IMG/VR virus record: IMGVR_UViG_3300036805_000167 | Span: 64,001-128,000 of that record | DNA length: 64,000 nucleotides | Reading direction: 5' to 3' (one strand) | Source of the DNA: a virus | Lineage: Duplodnaviria > Caudoviricetes | In this document: positions 43,754-53,647 of the stretch, one piece after another | Layout: each line of letters starts with the position of its first letter | Position numbering within the stretch: the stretch's first letter is position 1 | Notes under the pieces: model-generated | Database searches by the model: none | What the model was told of the DNA's origin: nothing | What the model saw: only the letters and a program-made list of their open reading frames with translations | Translations under genes and position numbers: made by a program

Positions 43754-44457
43754 GTGGTTGTCCTCCGGATGCGGGCCGCGTCGGGCGACCAGGCGCTGGC
43801 TCGCCGCGTGAACATGTGCGGGTTGACGCTGGAAAGCCAGGCGTCGATGTCCCAGATACCGGTCCGCCAACCCTGCAGGGTGGAGACCAGGCCGATAGTA
43901 ATGCCTTCACGGGTGATGTTCTCAATGCGTGAAGGCAGGTTGCAGCGCCCACCGGTCCAGCTCTTGCCGAGCTCTAGGGCCAACTGCACCGCGGCGCGCT
44001 TACCACCGATGGGCGGTGCGATGCCGTGGTTGTAGACGATGGTGGTGCCGGTGTGCCACGGGTGGCCGTCTTCGCGGTAGACGATCCCCGAGGGGAGCTC
44101 GGCGACGTAGGGGACGTCAATACCATCCCGGGTCACCGAAGTGACCGCAGTGACTGGCGCGTCAGGGAGCTTGGCCACCACCCGCCCCCTGACGCGCCAG
44201 CAGCCCTGGAAGAACCAGGGGTCCCCCCAGTAGTGCCAGTACGGCCATGCGTCGGGCTGGCGCTCGCCGGGGGGATGTTCGAGGACGACGGTCGACTCAG
44301 CGCTGCCGCTGTACTGCTTGCCCGACCAGAGGTAGAGCATCTCGGAGGCCTGGGTCAGTAGGTCCGTCCAAGTGTCGTCGTCCAGGCTTGGCTTCGATTC
44401 CGGCAGGTCGGCGAGGGTGGCCCACGGAGCGTTGATCATGCTCGTTGTCTGGGCCAC
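43750..44457 (-). CDS. Head-to-tail adaptor
   Basis: ASEMLYLWSGKQY, CNLPSRIENITREG, TGIWDIDAWL..VNP. Confidence 0.8.
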   Translation of the reverse strand: MAQTTSMINAPWATLADLPESKPSLDDDTWTDLLTQASEMLYLWSGKQYSGSAESTVVLEHPPGERQPDAWPYWHYWGDPWFFQGCWRVRGRVVAKLPDAPVTAVTSVTRDGIDVPYVAELPSGIVYREDGHPWHTGTTIVYNHGIAPPIGGKRAAVQLALELGKSWTGGRCNLPSRIENITREGITIGLVSTLQGWRTGIWDIDAWLSSVNPHMFTRRASAWSPDAARIRRTTT

Positions 44458-44501
44458 CCCACACCTCCTCTGTCGTCACCAACCGCCATCGACCAAGTGG
44501 C

Positions 44502-45179
44502 TCAGGGACCGACGGTGGTGACGGCCGCGTAGCCGTACTCGTAGTCGGGCAGCGTGGTCTCCTGAATCCACTGGCACACGCGGCTCGTGATCGGGAAGGT
44601 CGACAGGTCACCGTTCGGCCCGTCCCCGAAGAACGAGTTCTCCTGCGCGATGCCCTCGAGACCGGTGTCGAAGGCGTTAGTGCCATCGAGGTTCTGGTCC
44701 TTGGTGAACTGCAGGTACACCTTCGGCATGAGCCAGTGGAAGTAGCCGACCACGGAGCCCTGCTGAATCTGCGAGGACCACAGCTCCATCGCGACGCCGC
44801 CCGGCTTGGGGTCGACGCCGACTGGCGGGAAGGCGTAACCGATCGGCGCCGGGTCGGTGGTGACGTCGTCGGGGTCGGTGAACACGACGCCGCCGGCGAG
44901 GTACTCGATGGCCTGGGGGTCCGGGTAGCAGAAGTTGATGTTCCCGATATCCATGCGGAGCATGGTCTGCGGCGGCGAGTACGTGGTGCAGATGCGCCCG
45001 GCACCGTTGACGATCGAGACGTCATCCTGCTTGTTGTAGGCCGCGGTGAACGAGACCGAGATCATCGCGTCGGACCAGAAGATGTTCTGCGGCCCGACGA
45101 TCGGGGCACCGAAGTTGTCGATCCTGGTGAACTTGGCCAGGACCGCCTGCAGCATCCCGGACTTGTTGTACGTAGCCAT
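44502..45179 (-). CDS. Major tail protein
   Basis: NGAGRIC, FCYPDP, VAMELWS, FGDGP; position. Confidence 0.75.
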   Translation of the reverse strand: MATYNKSGMLQAVLAKFTRIDNFGAPIVGPQNIFWSDAMISVSFTAAYNKQDDVSIVNGAGRICTTYSPPQTMLRMDIGNINFCYPDPQAIEYLAGGVVFTDPDDVTTDPAPIGYAFPPVGVDPKPGGVAMELWSSQIQQGSVVGYFHWLMPKVYLQFTKDQNLDGTNAFDTGLEGIAQENSFFGDGPNGDLSTFPITSRVCQWIQETTLPDYEYGYAAVTTVGP

Positions 45180-45203
45180 TCTTTCTCGTTCCTCCGGGAT
45201 GGG

Positions 45204-46082
45204 TCAGGTAGCGCTGACGGTGCAGCCGACGAGCGACTGCGGGTCGAACATCAACATGGCGGCGCGTTCCGCCCACACGGCGACACGGTTGGTTTCGTGG
45301 TCGACCACCCACGAGTCCTTGTCGTAGACCACTGGCTCGTCGAGCCAGTACTGCACCGGGCCGGTGCCGTAGACGGTCATCTCCTCGCTGTCGTCACTGA
45401 GCTCCGGCGGGTAGCCGGCGTCAGCGACCACGATCGACCCCAGCGGGGTGCGGATCAGGTCACCTTCGTCGCGCAGCGTCAGCAGCGACATGAGATGAAC
45501 GCTGGGGATGTGCAGGTAAACCGGGCCACCGGCGATCCGGTCTTCGACCTCAGCCTCGACCAGGCCGATGGCCTCCTCGATGGTCGTCGCCCCGGTGGCC
45601 AGCGCCGATCCCGCCCCGGTCAGATAGGGGTTGACGTAAGGCCCCTCGTCAGCGGTCCCCAGGTCGGGCCGGGGGTTGGCCAGCGTCACCTGCCCGGTGG
45701 GCAGGCTCCACGGGTCGAGCGCGGACGCTTCGCCGGTCCACAGTTCGTGGGCCAGCGCGGTGGACGTGATCGCACGCAGGTTGCGCTCCGCGCGGTCGCG
45801 CATCACCGAGATCGGCCCACGCGGGCAGTGGGTGACCGTCTGGATGACGAACGGCCGGGTGGCGACGGGACTGAACTCGGTCTCGTCGCCGTACTCGGCT
45901 GCCACGTCGTCTGCGGTGCAGTCCTGCACCACCCGCCAGTAGGGGGAGGACTCGGGCCAGTGGATGAGCCCCTTGCGCCAGTCCACCCCCTCGGCGGTGC
46001 CGGGCATCGCCGAGGTCAGCAGCGCACCCTTGGTGCGCGGCTGTGGCCTCGGCGCGGGGACGTGCCCCAGCATCAGTTCCAT
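45204..46082 (-). CDS. Second capsid protein (pentamer-type)
   Basis: LAHELWTG, AIGLVE, RTPLGSIVVADAGY, YGTGPV, VWAER; follows MCP. Confidence 0.65.
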   Translation of the reverse strand: MELMLGHVPAPRPQPRTKGALLTSAMPGTAEGVDWRKGLIHWPESSPYWRVVQDCTADDVAAEYGDETEFSPVATRPFVIQTVTHCPRGPISVMRDRAERNLRAITSTALAHELWTGEASALDPWSLPTGQVTLANPRPDLGTADEGPYVNPYLTGAGSALATGATTIEEAIGLVEAEVEDRIAGGPVYLHIPSVHLMSLLTLRDEGDLIRTPLGSIVVADAGYPPELSDDSEEMTVYGTGPVQYWLDEPVVYDKDSWVVDHETNRVAVWAERAAMLMFDPQSLVGCTVSAT

Positions 46083-46093
46083 CGGTCAGCGCC

Positions 46094-47866
46094 TCAGGCC
46101 GTAATCGTGGTCGGGTTGATCGTCCCGGACATGGCGCCGTTCGGCGTGACCGAAGCGACCAGGCGCAGTGCCTCGACGCCGCGGGCAGCGATGCCCTCGA
46201 AGGACTCCGAGAACTGCCGGTAGCGGTTCCGGCGGACGAGCTGGGCGTCGCGGACGATGCCCAGGTCGAGAACGCCGCCGTCGAGGTGCTGGAAGTGCCC
46301 CTCGGGGTGGAGCAGGATGTCGACCTTGGTGGGGTAGTCCGGCACGGCCGTACCTGCAGCCTGCTGCAGGTACTGCTGCGCGGGGACGTCATCGGTCGTG
46401 GAGCCCGAAGTCCCCATGGTGTCGGCAGCCGGGTTGCCGTCGAGGTGCCACACCGGAATGATGTTGCGGCTGGCGAAGAACCCGTCGATCTGCGCGTCGG
46501 TGACGTTCAGCGACGAGAAGCTGTCGTCGTTGAACTGCCGCGCGAGGTCCGAGCGGATCATGGCCTTGGCCCAGAACGGCAGGATCGCGCGCAGCGGCAT
46601 GTTGCTCGACAGGCGGTGCACCGACCGGTAGTAGGTCTGGGCCTTGTCGAAGGTGACCAGCAGGTCGCGGGTCGCGCCGAGGATCGTCCCGGAGGTCATA
46701 ACCTTCGACTTGGCCTGCAGCTGCGCGAGCAGGTGGTTCTCGCAGATGCGGTCGTGCCAGACCAGGGCTGCCTCGGTGTTGGCCTGCAGCGTCTCCGGGT
46801 CGAAGCGCGAAGAGATGTTCGCGAACTCGACCTGGAAGGTGATGGTCTCGACCTGGGCGGTCTCGGTCGGGGGGCAGTCAACAACCCACAGCGCCTTGAG
46901 CGGGCCGGGGGTGGCCGCTCCCGCCTCGTAGTTGGCGGGGTCCTCGGCGTCGACGTCGTTCTGCATCGACCAGAACCCGGTCGCCGACATGGGGCCGTCG
47001 GTGGCAGCGTTGATCATCGGCGAGAGGTCGCGGCGGAACTGGATGCCGCCACGCTCCACCTGGAAGCCGGGGAGCGAGTCGCGGATCGGGCGGCCCTGGG
47101 TGCCCCAGACGCCGTAGTTGTAGTCGATCGCGAGCGGCGCGCAGAGGCCGCCGGCGGCGGTGATCGCCTGCTGCGAAGTGACCCGGTGGATCTTGTTGGT
47201 GTTGACCTCGACGCTGTCGCCGGCCTTGAGGACGCGGTCCTCCGGGACGTCGTTGGCGTTGATCGAAGCAACGACAACCGACTCGCCGTCGCCGGACTGG
47301 CCGGAGTTGGCGACCGAACGCAGCCGCGACTGGAGCGCCTTGCCGATCTGGGAGACTTCGAGCTGCTGTCCGGCGTAGAAGCCGTGGACATCGGCAGCGG
47401 CGGTGATGCTCATAGCCGGCTTGCCTGCGGGCGCCTTCGGGGCGGCCTTGGTGACCTCGCCCATCTTCGGCGCCTTCGGGGTGGCGGATGCGGCAACCAG
47501 CTCGGGCTCAGACTCGGACACCGGCTCCTCGGCCTTCTCTTCGGCCTCCGGGGTCGCCTCGGGCTCCTCCTGCTCCGCGACCGGCTCGGTCTCGGGCTCC
47601 TGCGGCTCGTCGGTCAGCGAAGCCAGCTCGTCGGCGGCGGCGTAGTCGGCCTCGCGCTTTTCGGCGCGAGCACCGACCTCACCGTTGAGCGAGGTGAACG
47701 CGTCCTTGAGGCCAGCCAGCTCGCCGAGCTCGTCGCTCGACAGCGATCGGTCGGCGATCTTCGGGCGGAGCTCGGCGATGCGAGCCTTCGCCTCCGAGTG
47801 CGTAGCGTGCAGCGTGTCGTCGTCCACCTCGGTCAGGCGGTTCACGACCTCGTCGTACTTGCCCAT
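46094..47866 (-). CDS. Major capsid (hexamer-type) protein with N-terminal scaffold
   Basis: Coiled-coil N-terminus; ITAAGGLCAP, LPGFQVERGGI, LDLGIVRD..L...N.Y..FSE. Confidence 0.88.
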   Translation of the reverse strand: MGKYDEVVNRLTEVDDDTLHATHSEAKARIAELRPKIADRSLSSDELGELAGLKDAFTSLNGEVGARAEKREADYAAADELASLTDEPQEPETEPVAEQEEPEATPEAEEKAEEPVSESEPELVAASATPKAPKMGEVTKAAPKAPAGKPAMSITAAADVHGFYAGQQLEVSQIGKALQSRLRSVANSGQSGDGESVVVASINANDVPEDRVLKAGDSVEVNTNKIHRVTSQQAITAAGGLCAPLAIDYNYGVWGTQGRPIRDSLPGFQVERGGIQFRRDLSPMINAATDGPMSATGFWSMQNDVDAEDPANYEAGAATPGPLKALWVVDCPPTETAQVETITFQVEFANISSRFDPETLQANTEAALVWHDRICENHLLAQLQAKSKVMTSGTILGATRDLLVTFDKAQTYYRSVHRLSSNMPLRAILPFWAKAMIRSDLARQFNDDSFSSLNVTDAQIDGFFASRNIIPVWHLDGNPAADTMGTSGSTTDDVPAQQYLQQAAGTAVPDYPTKVDILLHPEGHFQHLDGGVLDLGIVRDAQLVRRNRYRQFSESFEGIAARGVEALRLVASVTPNGAMSGTINPTTITA

Positions 47867-48017
47867 GAGGCCGAGGCCCCTTCCTGTGTCGTACCGGTGC
47901 CTCGGCGCTGGGCGCCATGTTCGGCGGACTGGGAACGACGCTCCACTAGGCAGCTCGTCGTTCACTTGCTGGTGACGCTAGGCAACCGAGTTGCCCGGGC
48001 GTCCCAGTTGCGTGGGG

Positions 48018-48902
48018 CTAGACCTCGATGCCCTCGAGCAGCCGGGCGGCCTCGTCGGCGCGGTCGCGGGCCTCGAGCGACGCGGTGAGCTGCTCGATGC
48101 GCGACTCCAGGCCCTGCAGCCGCTGACGCTCGGTGCGTGCCGCGGACGCGGCGATGGCCTGGTCCTCGGTAGCGCCGGTGATCTCGTCGGCGCTGACCGG
48201 GACCTCCACCACGAACCGGGTGTGCTCGTCATCGGCGACCTCTACGACCTTGGCGATCTGGCCGGATGCGGTGATCTGGACGTAGTCGTCCTTGAAGAAC
48301 TTGGACACGGGGGCCTCCTGGGGCTCCTGGATGGGGTTGGGGACGACGTTGGCGGCGACCAGCGGCGCGAGCTCGGCGGCCGAAGCCACCCGGGCGCGGG
48401 GAATGGGGAAGCCGGGCGTGTTGACCATCAGCGCCGCGACCAGCTCGAGCGACCCGCCCACCGGCCGCCAGTCGCCCGATACTGCGGAGGCGCGCAGCTT
48501 GTGCATGCGCAGGTCGTCGATGCCGGGGGCGACGGCGCCGGCGAACCACACGCCGTGGGCGTCCTCGCCGGCGCACACCTGGGCGACCTGGGCGCCGGTG
48601 TCGTCGTAGTGCGCCGCGGCCTGGGTGGCGTCGCTGGTCAGCGAGGCGTGCCCGGTGTCGAGCGTCAGATTTCCGACGGAGATGTCAACCGGCGCGTCAC
48701 CGTCGAGCGCCTGCGTGGAGCCCACCATGAAGTAGCTGTAATCGTGCTGTGACCTCGGTGGCCGCACGTTCTTGCCCGGCATCCCCATGTGCGTCGAGTC
48801 CCAGGTGGCGATATGTCCATACACGCGGCCGGATGACTCGACAGTGACGGGGGTAGGACCGCTCAGTTGCGGATCGCGGAACCAGTCGATAGGCGGGGTC
48901 AT
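48018..48902 (-). CDS. Capsid maturation protease-like protein
   Basis: WFRDPQL, GRVYGHIATW, GEDAHGVWFAG, SGDWR, LMVNTPGFP. Confidence 0.75.
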   Translation of the reverse strand: MTPPIDWFRDPQLSGPTPVTVESSGRVYGHIATWDSTHMGMPGKNVRPPRSQHDYSYFMVGSTQALDGDAPVDISVGNLTLDTGHASLTSDATQAAAHYDDTGAQVAQVCAGEDAHGVWFAGAVAPGIDDLRMHKLRASAVSGDWRPVGGSLELVAALMVNTPGFPIPRARVASAAELAPLVAANVVPNPIQEPQEAPVSKFFKDDYVQITASGQIAKVVEVADDEHTRFVVEVPVSADEITGATEDQAIAASAARTERQRLQGLESRIEQLTASLEARDRADEAARLLEGIEV

Positions 48903-49171
48903 CAGCGGTGCCTCCCTCGCAGGCGGCCCTTGCCCCTGCTTGCTGCTCGCGTATGACGCGACATGACGCGCGCCTTCTGGCTGACCGTCAGCTGCTTGGC
49001 GCTGCGCTGACGACGTTTGGTCTGCTTCCCCGAGCGGGCCTTCTTGGTGGCCTTGGCCTTGCCGGAGCGGCTGGGCTTGGTCGACGCCTTCGACGTGTGC
49101 GGGTCGCCGTAGGAGGCGAACCGGCCGCCGTTGACGCCCGACTGGATGCGGGCCTGCCTGGAGCTATACAC
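48902..49171 (-). CDS. Small basic protein
   Basis: NGGRF motif; Lys/Arg-rich. Confidence 0.5.
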   Translation of the reverse strand: MYSSRQARIQSGVNGGRFASYGDPHTSKASTKPSRSGKAKATKKARSGKQTKRRQRSAKQLTVSQKARVMSRHTRAASRGKGRLRGRHR

Positions 49172-51755
49172 GGGCCGCCTCCGCGGGTTCCGGTGTCGGT
49201 GTCGACCAGACGGTCTCGACGGTGCACAAGCAACCGTGGTGATCGCCGGGATGGAACGCGGGGCCGATCCACGAGGCGTCCGCGCCCGCATCGAGGCGCG
49301 GGTCGGTCCACGAGGTGAACTCCAGGTCGTCGAGACGCTGGTGGGGCTCGAAGTGCTGCCGCGGGTTCGACGGGTAGTTCCAGCGGTAACCACGCACCGC
49401 CGCGTCGGCGCCGCGCATCACATCCACGACCTCGATGCCGGTACCGGGACCGGCCGCGGCCGAGACCGGGTCGCCCGGACCCCGCACCATCGTCCCGTCA
49501 TCCGCAACACCAGCGGCGCCCTCGGGCAGGCCACCCATCTTCGACACCGCACCGCGGATCAGCGACGCGGGCACGTAGTCGGAGTGCGACTCGCCCACCG
49601 GCGGAGACGTCTCGCCGTAGAGCACCGCCCGGATGCGCTCGGAGAGCTTGCCCTTGAGCCAGTGCCACGCGTTCTGCGCCCGCGCGATCAGCCGGTCAGC
49701 CAGGCCCTTGGCCTTGCCCGCCCCGACCATCGAGGCCACCGTCGACTCAACCGCGCGGGCCGCCGAGGCAGTGTCGCGTTCGTACTGGGTGGCGAAGTCG
49801 TCCAGGGCGCCGTCCAAAGCGGCCTCGTCATCGAGGGACGCGGTCAATCCACGACCCCCGCGGGCGAGGACACCGCGAGGGTCGGTGCCGGTGGGGAACA
49901 GCGACGCAGTCACCGCCGACTTCTGCGACTGGGTGCGAAGCCGGTTGGCCGCCTTCTCCACCGCCCGGCCGATGGTCGCGTCGGCGTGGGCGAGCAGCGT
50001 GACCGTCAGGTCGGCGTCGATGCGGGCCAGCCGCGCTGAGGCGCGAGCGTGGACCTTCTCGCGCACCGCCGAGGCGCGCACCGTGGTCTGCGGCGGCGGA
50101 GAATCCGACTGTGTCGGCGAAGCAGCCGGAAGCGTGCGGGTGCGGTCACCGGCCTTGTTGACCTCGGTGGGGCGCCCACCGGTCTGGCCGGCGTCCTGCG
50201 GCGTAGCCGCGTCCTGAGTCGGCGGCGCGTTCTTGCCAGCCAACGCCGCCATCGCCAGGCTCATCACCTTGGCGATCGTCGGCTCGGAGAGGTCCAGCCC
50301 GGACAGCGCGATCAACGCCGGAATCGACGCCTGGTAAGCACGGCCCTCGGACAGGTCACGGGACAGCTTCTCCATCGGGGAGGGCCGGTCTTCCTCAGTG
50401 AAGCCCAGCGAGCGGCGCAGCGCCGCGTCCGAGATAGCCATCGACTGGTGCGCGTCCTTGGCGGCCTGACCACGATCCGGGTCCTGCATCAGCTCGGACG
50501 GGTCGAACCAGAAACACAGCTTCTCCCGCTCCTCGCGAGAGACGCCCATGGCCTTGAGCGCCGGCCACAGGTAGGCAACGGTCAACGCATCGCACATCCG
50601 CTCGGCGCGGGGCTCGATGTGGGACTTCACGGTGTCGGCGGAGATGACCGCACCGTTCCAGTGGTTGGTGTCGCCGATACCGGTGAGCACCTCGGGCGGC
50701 AGGTCGATGCCGCGCGCCAACACCGCCACCAGGTTGTCACGACGAGCGTCGAGGTCCTTCGGGTCTTCGTTGTGCAGGTCGATGGTCCCGATGACGTCCT
50801 TCATCGGGGTGTCGTTCATCATCGCCGGGCCGCGGATCACCAGCGGCACCACCGCCGACGGGTCAGCCTCGTCGGCGATCGGCTCGGTCATGAACGCGGC
50901 CAGCTCGGTCAGGAACGGGTCACCGTCCTCGTCGGCACCCTCGGCGTCCGAAGTGGCCGGGGCCTGGCCTGCGCGGTGCAGCGAGAGCTCGTCAGGCAGG
51001 AACAGCGCCTTACCCGAGGAGATACGGGACCGGTCGTGAGCTCGGCCGCGCCGCGAGAGCAGCGTCATCGCCTCGCAGGTCTCGAGCAGCGCCGCGATCG
51101 GCGAGTCCGGCCACAGGTGATAGCGCGGGTGCGGGTTCCACAGCCGCAGCAGCTCACAGCTCGACGGATCCAGGTCGCGGCCACCGCGGCCGGCGCCGGG
51201 TTCGACGAGGCGCACCATCTGGTTGCCGATGGTGACCTCGGAGACCGACTTGATCGACCAGTCCTCGCCGTCCTCGCCGTCCTCGCCGAGCAGATAGGCC
51301 TCGCCGGCGAACTCGAGGTTCTCACCGAGGCGCCCGAGCAGCGTGGAACCCTGCTGGTCAAGGTTGAGCCGACTCGACGCAGTTAGCGCGGCGGCGCGGG
51401 TCGCAGCGCTGACCTGACTGACTGGCTTGGTGGGCTTGTCGGCCGAATCCTTCGACGCGTCCTGGGCACCTTCCAGCGGCTGCGGCGGCACCCCACGGGG
51501 CTGACGCTCAGCAGGAAAGACGCGCAGTCGTCCCAGGCTGGAGCGGATGAAGCTGGCCACGAACTGCAGCTCGGGCACGGTGTCGCGGTAGACCCACGCG
51601 GAGTCCTGCCAACCGCTGCGCCGAGCGATGACCGGTTCGGGCTTGCGCAGGTCGATGCGCTGCCCGGCGGCGACCATGGCCTTCGGCGCCTTGCGCGGCG
51701 GCGTAGCGGCCGGCGGCGGGGTGACAGTCTTCGCGAAGTTCTCCAGCAGCCCCAC
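49164..51755 (-). CDS. Portal protein fused to MuF-like minor head domain
   Basis: WQDSAW..VPEL, GEAYL, RLWNPHPR, AVVPL, NHW; C-terminal RW...H...HPGDHHGCLC. Confidence 0.8.
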   Translation of the reverse strand: MGLLENFAKTVTPPPAATPPRKAPKAMVAAGQRIDLRKPEPVIARRSGWQDSAWVYRDTVPELQFVASFIRSSLGRLRVFPAERQPRGVPPQPLEGAQDASKDSADKPTKPVSQVSAATRAAALTASSRLNLDQQGSTLLGRLGENLEFAGEAYLLGEDGEDGEDWSIKSVSEVTIGNQMVRLVEPGAGRGGRDLDPSSCELLRLWNPHPRYHLWPDSPIAALLETCEAMTLLSRRGRAHDRSRISSGKALFLPDELSLHRAGQAPATSDAEGADEDGDPFLTELAAFMTEPIADEADPSAVVPLVIRGPAMMNDTPMKDVIGTIDLHNEDPKDLDARRDNLVAVLARGIDLPPEVLTGIGDTNHWNGAVISADTVKSHIEPRAERMCDALTVAYLWPALKAMGVSREEREKLCFWFDPSELMQDPDRGQAAKDAHQSMAISDAALRRSLGFTEEDRPSPMEKLSRDLSEGRAYQASIPALIALSGLDLSEPTIAKVMSLAMAALAGKNAPPTQDAATPQDAGQTGGRPTEVNKAGDRTRTLPAASPTQSDSPPPQTTVRASAVREKVHARASARLARIDADLTVTLLAHADATIGRAVEKAANRLRTQSQKSAVTASLFPTGTDPRGVLARGGRGLTASLDDEAALDGALDDFATQYERDTASAARAVESTVASMVGAGKAKGLADRLIARAQNAWHWLKGKLSERIRAVLYGETSPPVGESHSDYVPASLIRGAVSKMGGLPEGAAGVADDGTMVRGPGDPVSAAAGPGTGIEVVDVMRGADAAVRGYRWNYPSNPRQHFEPHQRLDDLEFTSWTDPRLDAGADASWIGPAFHPGDHHGCLCTVETVWSTPTPEPAEAARV

Positions 51756-51757
51756 GG

Positions 51758-52081
51758 TCAGGAAACCTCACGGTCGGCGAGCAGGCCGGTGACCGCGGAG
51801 ATCGCCCACGGCATCGCGGCGAGGAGAAACAGGTCACGGCGCTTGCGACGCCCGGCGAGCTCAGCAGCGGCGGTGACCCCGGCGGCGATCCATGCTCCCA
51901 GGCACCAGGGGCAGGACCACAGCATGTCGTAGCCGGCGGGGGTGCGCTTCGCCAGCGCGTCACGGGCCCGGACCGCGGGGGGGAAGTCGTCGGTGGTAGC
52001 CAGCCGTGTCAGCCGATAGGAGGCGAGGGCGGCGACCGCAACGGTCCACGGGTCACGTGTCCACCCTCCACGGCGCGCCAT
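51758..52081 (-). CDS. DUF1360-like membrane protein
   Basis: YRLTRLATTD, LWSCPWCLGAW. Confidence 0.75.
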   Translation of the reverse strand: MARRGGWTRDPWTVAVAALASYRLTRLATTDDFPPAVRARDALAKRTPAGYDMLWSCPWCLGAWIAAGVTAAAELAGRRKRRDLFLLAAMPWAISAVTGLLADREVS

Positions 52082-52132
52082 AGCTTCGCACGGTAGGTGC
52101 CCGCGACAGGCTGATCGTCGGGTTGCGTGGGC

Positions 52133-52306
52133 TCAGCGACCCTTGCGACCCGAGTGTTTCGAGGCGGGGAGCCTGCGGTAGCGCACGATCTTCCCGCCAG
52201 CTGTGCGGTGAGCCTTCTCTCGAGCCCAGGGCTTCCCCGACGCGAACGCCCAGCGCCACTGCTTCTTGGACTTGTACCCGTGGTAGGTACCCCGACGACG
52301 CACCAT
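52133..52306 (-). CDS. Small basic protein
   Basis: YKSKKQWRWAFA..PWA. Confidence 0.55.
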   Translation of the reverse strand: MVRRRGTYHGYKSKKQWRWAFASGKPWAREKAHRTAGGKIVRYRRLPASKHSGRKGR

Positions 52307-52509
52307 CAGGACTTCTTGCGCTTCTTGGCCCACTTCCGGGCGTTCGCAGCGAACGTCGCCCTCGCACGCGTCTTGGGGTCCTTCGACTTCTTGAGCTTGG
52401 CCAGCTTCGACGCGGGGACCTTCTGGCCCTTCTTCACGCCGGCGGCCTTGCGCAGCTTGCCCTTGTTCGCCGGGTTAATTTTGATCTTCGTGCGCCTCTT
52501 CGTCGCCAT
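52306..52509 (-). CDS. Small highly basic phage protein
   Basis: IKINPANKGKLR...RARATFAANARKW. Confidence 0.65.
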   Translation of the reverse strand: MATKRRTKIKINPANKGKLRKAAGVKKGQKVPASKLAKLKKSKDPKTRARATFAANARKWAKKRKKS

Positions 52510-52530
52510 GAGCCGAGGGTAGGCGCGTGA

Positions 52531-52713
52531 CTACCGTTCGACGCAGAGAAGCTGGGCCGAGCACCCGAGGCAGACGGCCAGCGCCGGAGACTCCGCCGTG
52601 CCCAGGCCGAGCTCGAAGTAGTACTCGTCGTTCTCGAACGGCTGCTTGCAGCTCGGGCAGCGGCCCAGCGCCGCGAGCATCGAGTCCACCGGCACCATCA
52701 CCGCGTCACTCAC
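52531..52713 (-). CDS. Zinc-finger small protein
   Basis: CPSC...CLGC. Confidence 0.45.
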   Translation of the reverse strand: MSDAVMVPVDSMLAALGRCPSCKQPFENDEYYFELGLGTAESPALAVCLGCSAQLLCVER

Positions 52714-52906
52714 CGTAAGCCTCCCCCTGCTTCGGCGCCTGAAAGCCGTTGTCGTGGCGCATCGCGCAGTCGAAGCACGCCCGGTCCCAGCGGGCGGTCC
52801 CGACGTGCACCCGGTTCCACGGCTCACCGACGCTCGGGCGCTCGTCGCACCACGGGCAAGGTGTGTAGCCGTCGGCGTACTCGATGTCGGCGTAGTCCTC
52901 GCTCAC
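52706..52906 (-). CDS. Zinc-finger small protein
   Basis: CPWC...CFDC; AAGGAG RBS. Confidence 0.5.
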   Translation of the reverse strand: MSEDYADIEYADGYTPCPWCDERPSVGEPWNRVHVGTARWDRACFDCAMRHDNGFQAPKQGEAYGE

Positions 52907-53085
52907 TGCCCACGCTCCTTGCGCAGCTGCTCGGCGACCTCACGGGCAGCTTCGCGGTCCGAGCGAGGATCGAGCCCGGTCAACTTGGCGACCTTGACGT
53001 CGCGGATCGTGTTGAGGATCAGGCCCAGTGCGAGCAGCGCACCCAGGACGATCACCGAGCCCAGGATCACGGCGCCGACACTCAT
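52903..53085 (-). CDS. Small membrane protein
   Basis: MSVGAVILGSVIVLG; GGAGG RBS. Confidence 0.5.
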   Translation of the reverse strand: MSVGAVILGSVIVLGALLALGLILNTIRDVKVAKLTGLDPRSDREAAREVAEQLRKERGQ

Positions 53086-53411
53086 CACAGCCTCCCCAGC
53101 TGGTACGGAGTGAGCTCCGGCGGGTGCCAGCCCTTGAGCCGGTCCCCGCAGCCGCAACCACCGGCCGAGCGCACGCCGATACGACCGATCGACGTGTCGA
53201 ACCACCAGTCGGTGCCCTTGTTGCCGATCGTCGAGGCGTCGCGCTCGAACGGCACGTCGTAAACCGGGTGATCGGGGCTGGTCCAGGCCAGCAGCCGCCC
53301 CGTCCCCTGCTCGTCGGGCTTGGTGAGCACCACCTTGGCCTTGGCGTGGGTCACCGCGCCGTCAGGGCCGAGCAGCTTGACCGGGAACCGGTCAGCGACG
53401 ATGACAGTCAC
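53085..53411 (-). CDS. Phage hypothetical protein
   Basis: GGCGCG..LK.W.P motif. Confidence 0.55.
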   Translation of the reverse strand: MTVIVADRFPVKLLGPDGAVTHAKAKVVLTKPDEQGTGRLLAWTSPDHPVYDVPFERDASTIGNKGTDWWFDTSIGRIGVRSAGGCGCGDRLKGWHPPELTPYQLGRL

Positions 53412-53647
53412 TCGTGCACCTCACGTCGATCCATGGCGTTGTGTATGTAGATGGTGCTCAACTGTCCGTCGGGCTCGATACGCGGCTCGAGGGTGGGTAC
53501 GCACCAGCACTCGTGGTAGCGATGCGGGCCGGGACGCTGCAACGTCAACCAGCCAGTGGTGTTGCGGTCATCGTCGTAGCCGCGCGGCACCTCATGGGTG
53601 CGCAGATCGTCCAGCGGGATGACGTCGACACTCGGGGTGACGTTCAC
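53408..53647 (-). CDS. Phage hypothetical protein
   Basis: VIPLDDL..H...CWCVP...IHNAMDRRE. Confidence 0.55.
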   Translation of the reverse strand: MNVTPSVDVIPLDDLRTHEVPRGYDDDRNTTGWLTLQRPGPHRYHECWCVPTLEPRIEPDGQLSTIYIHNAMDRREVHE

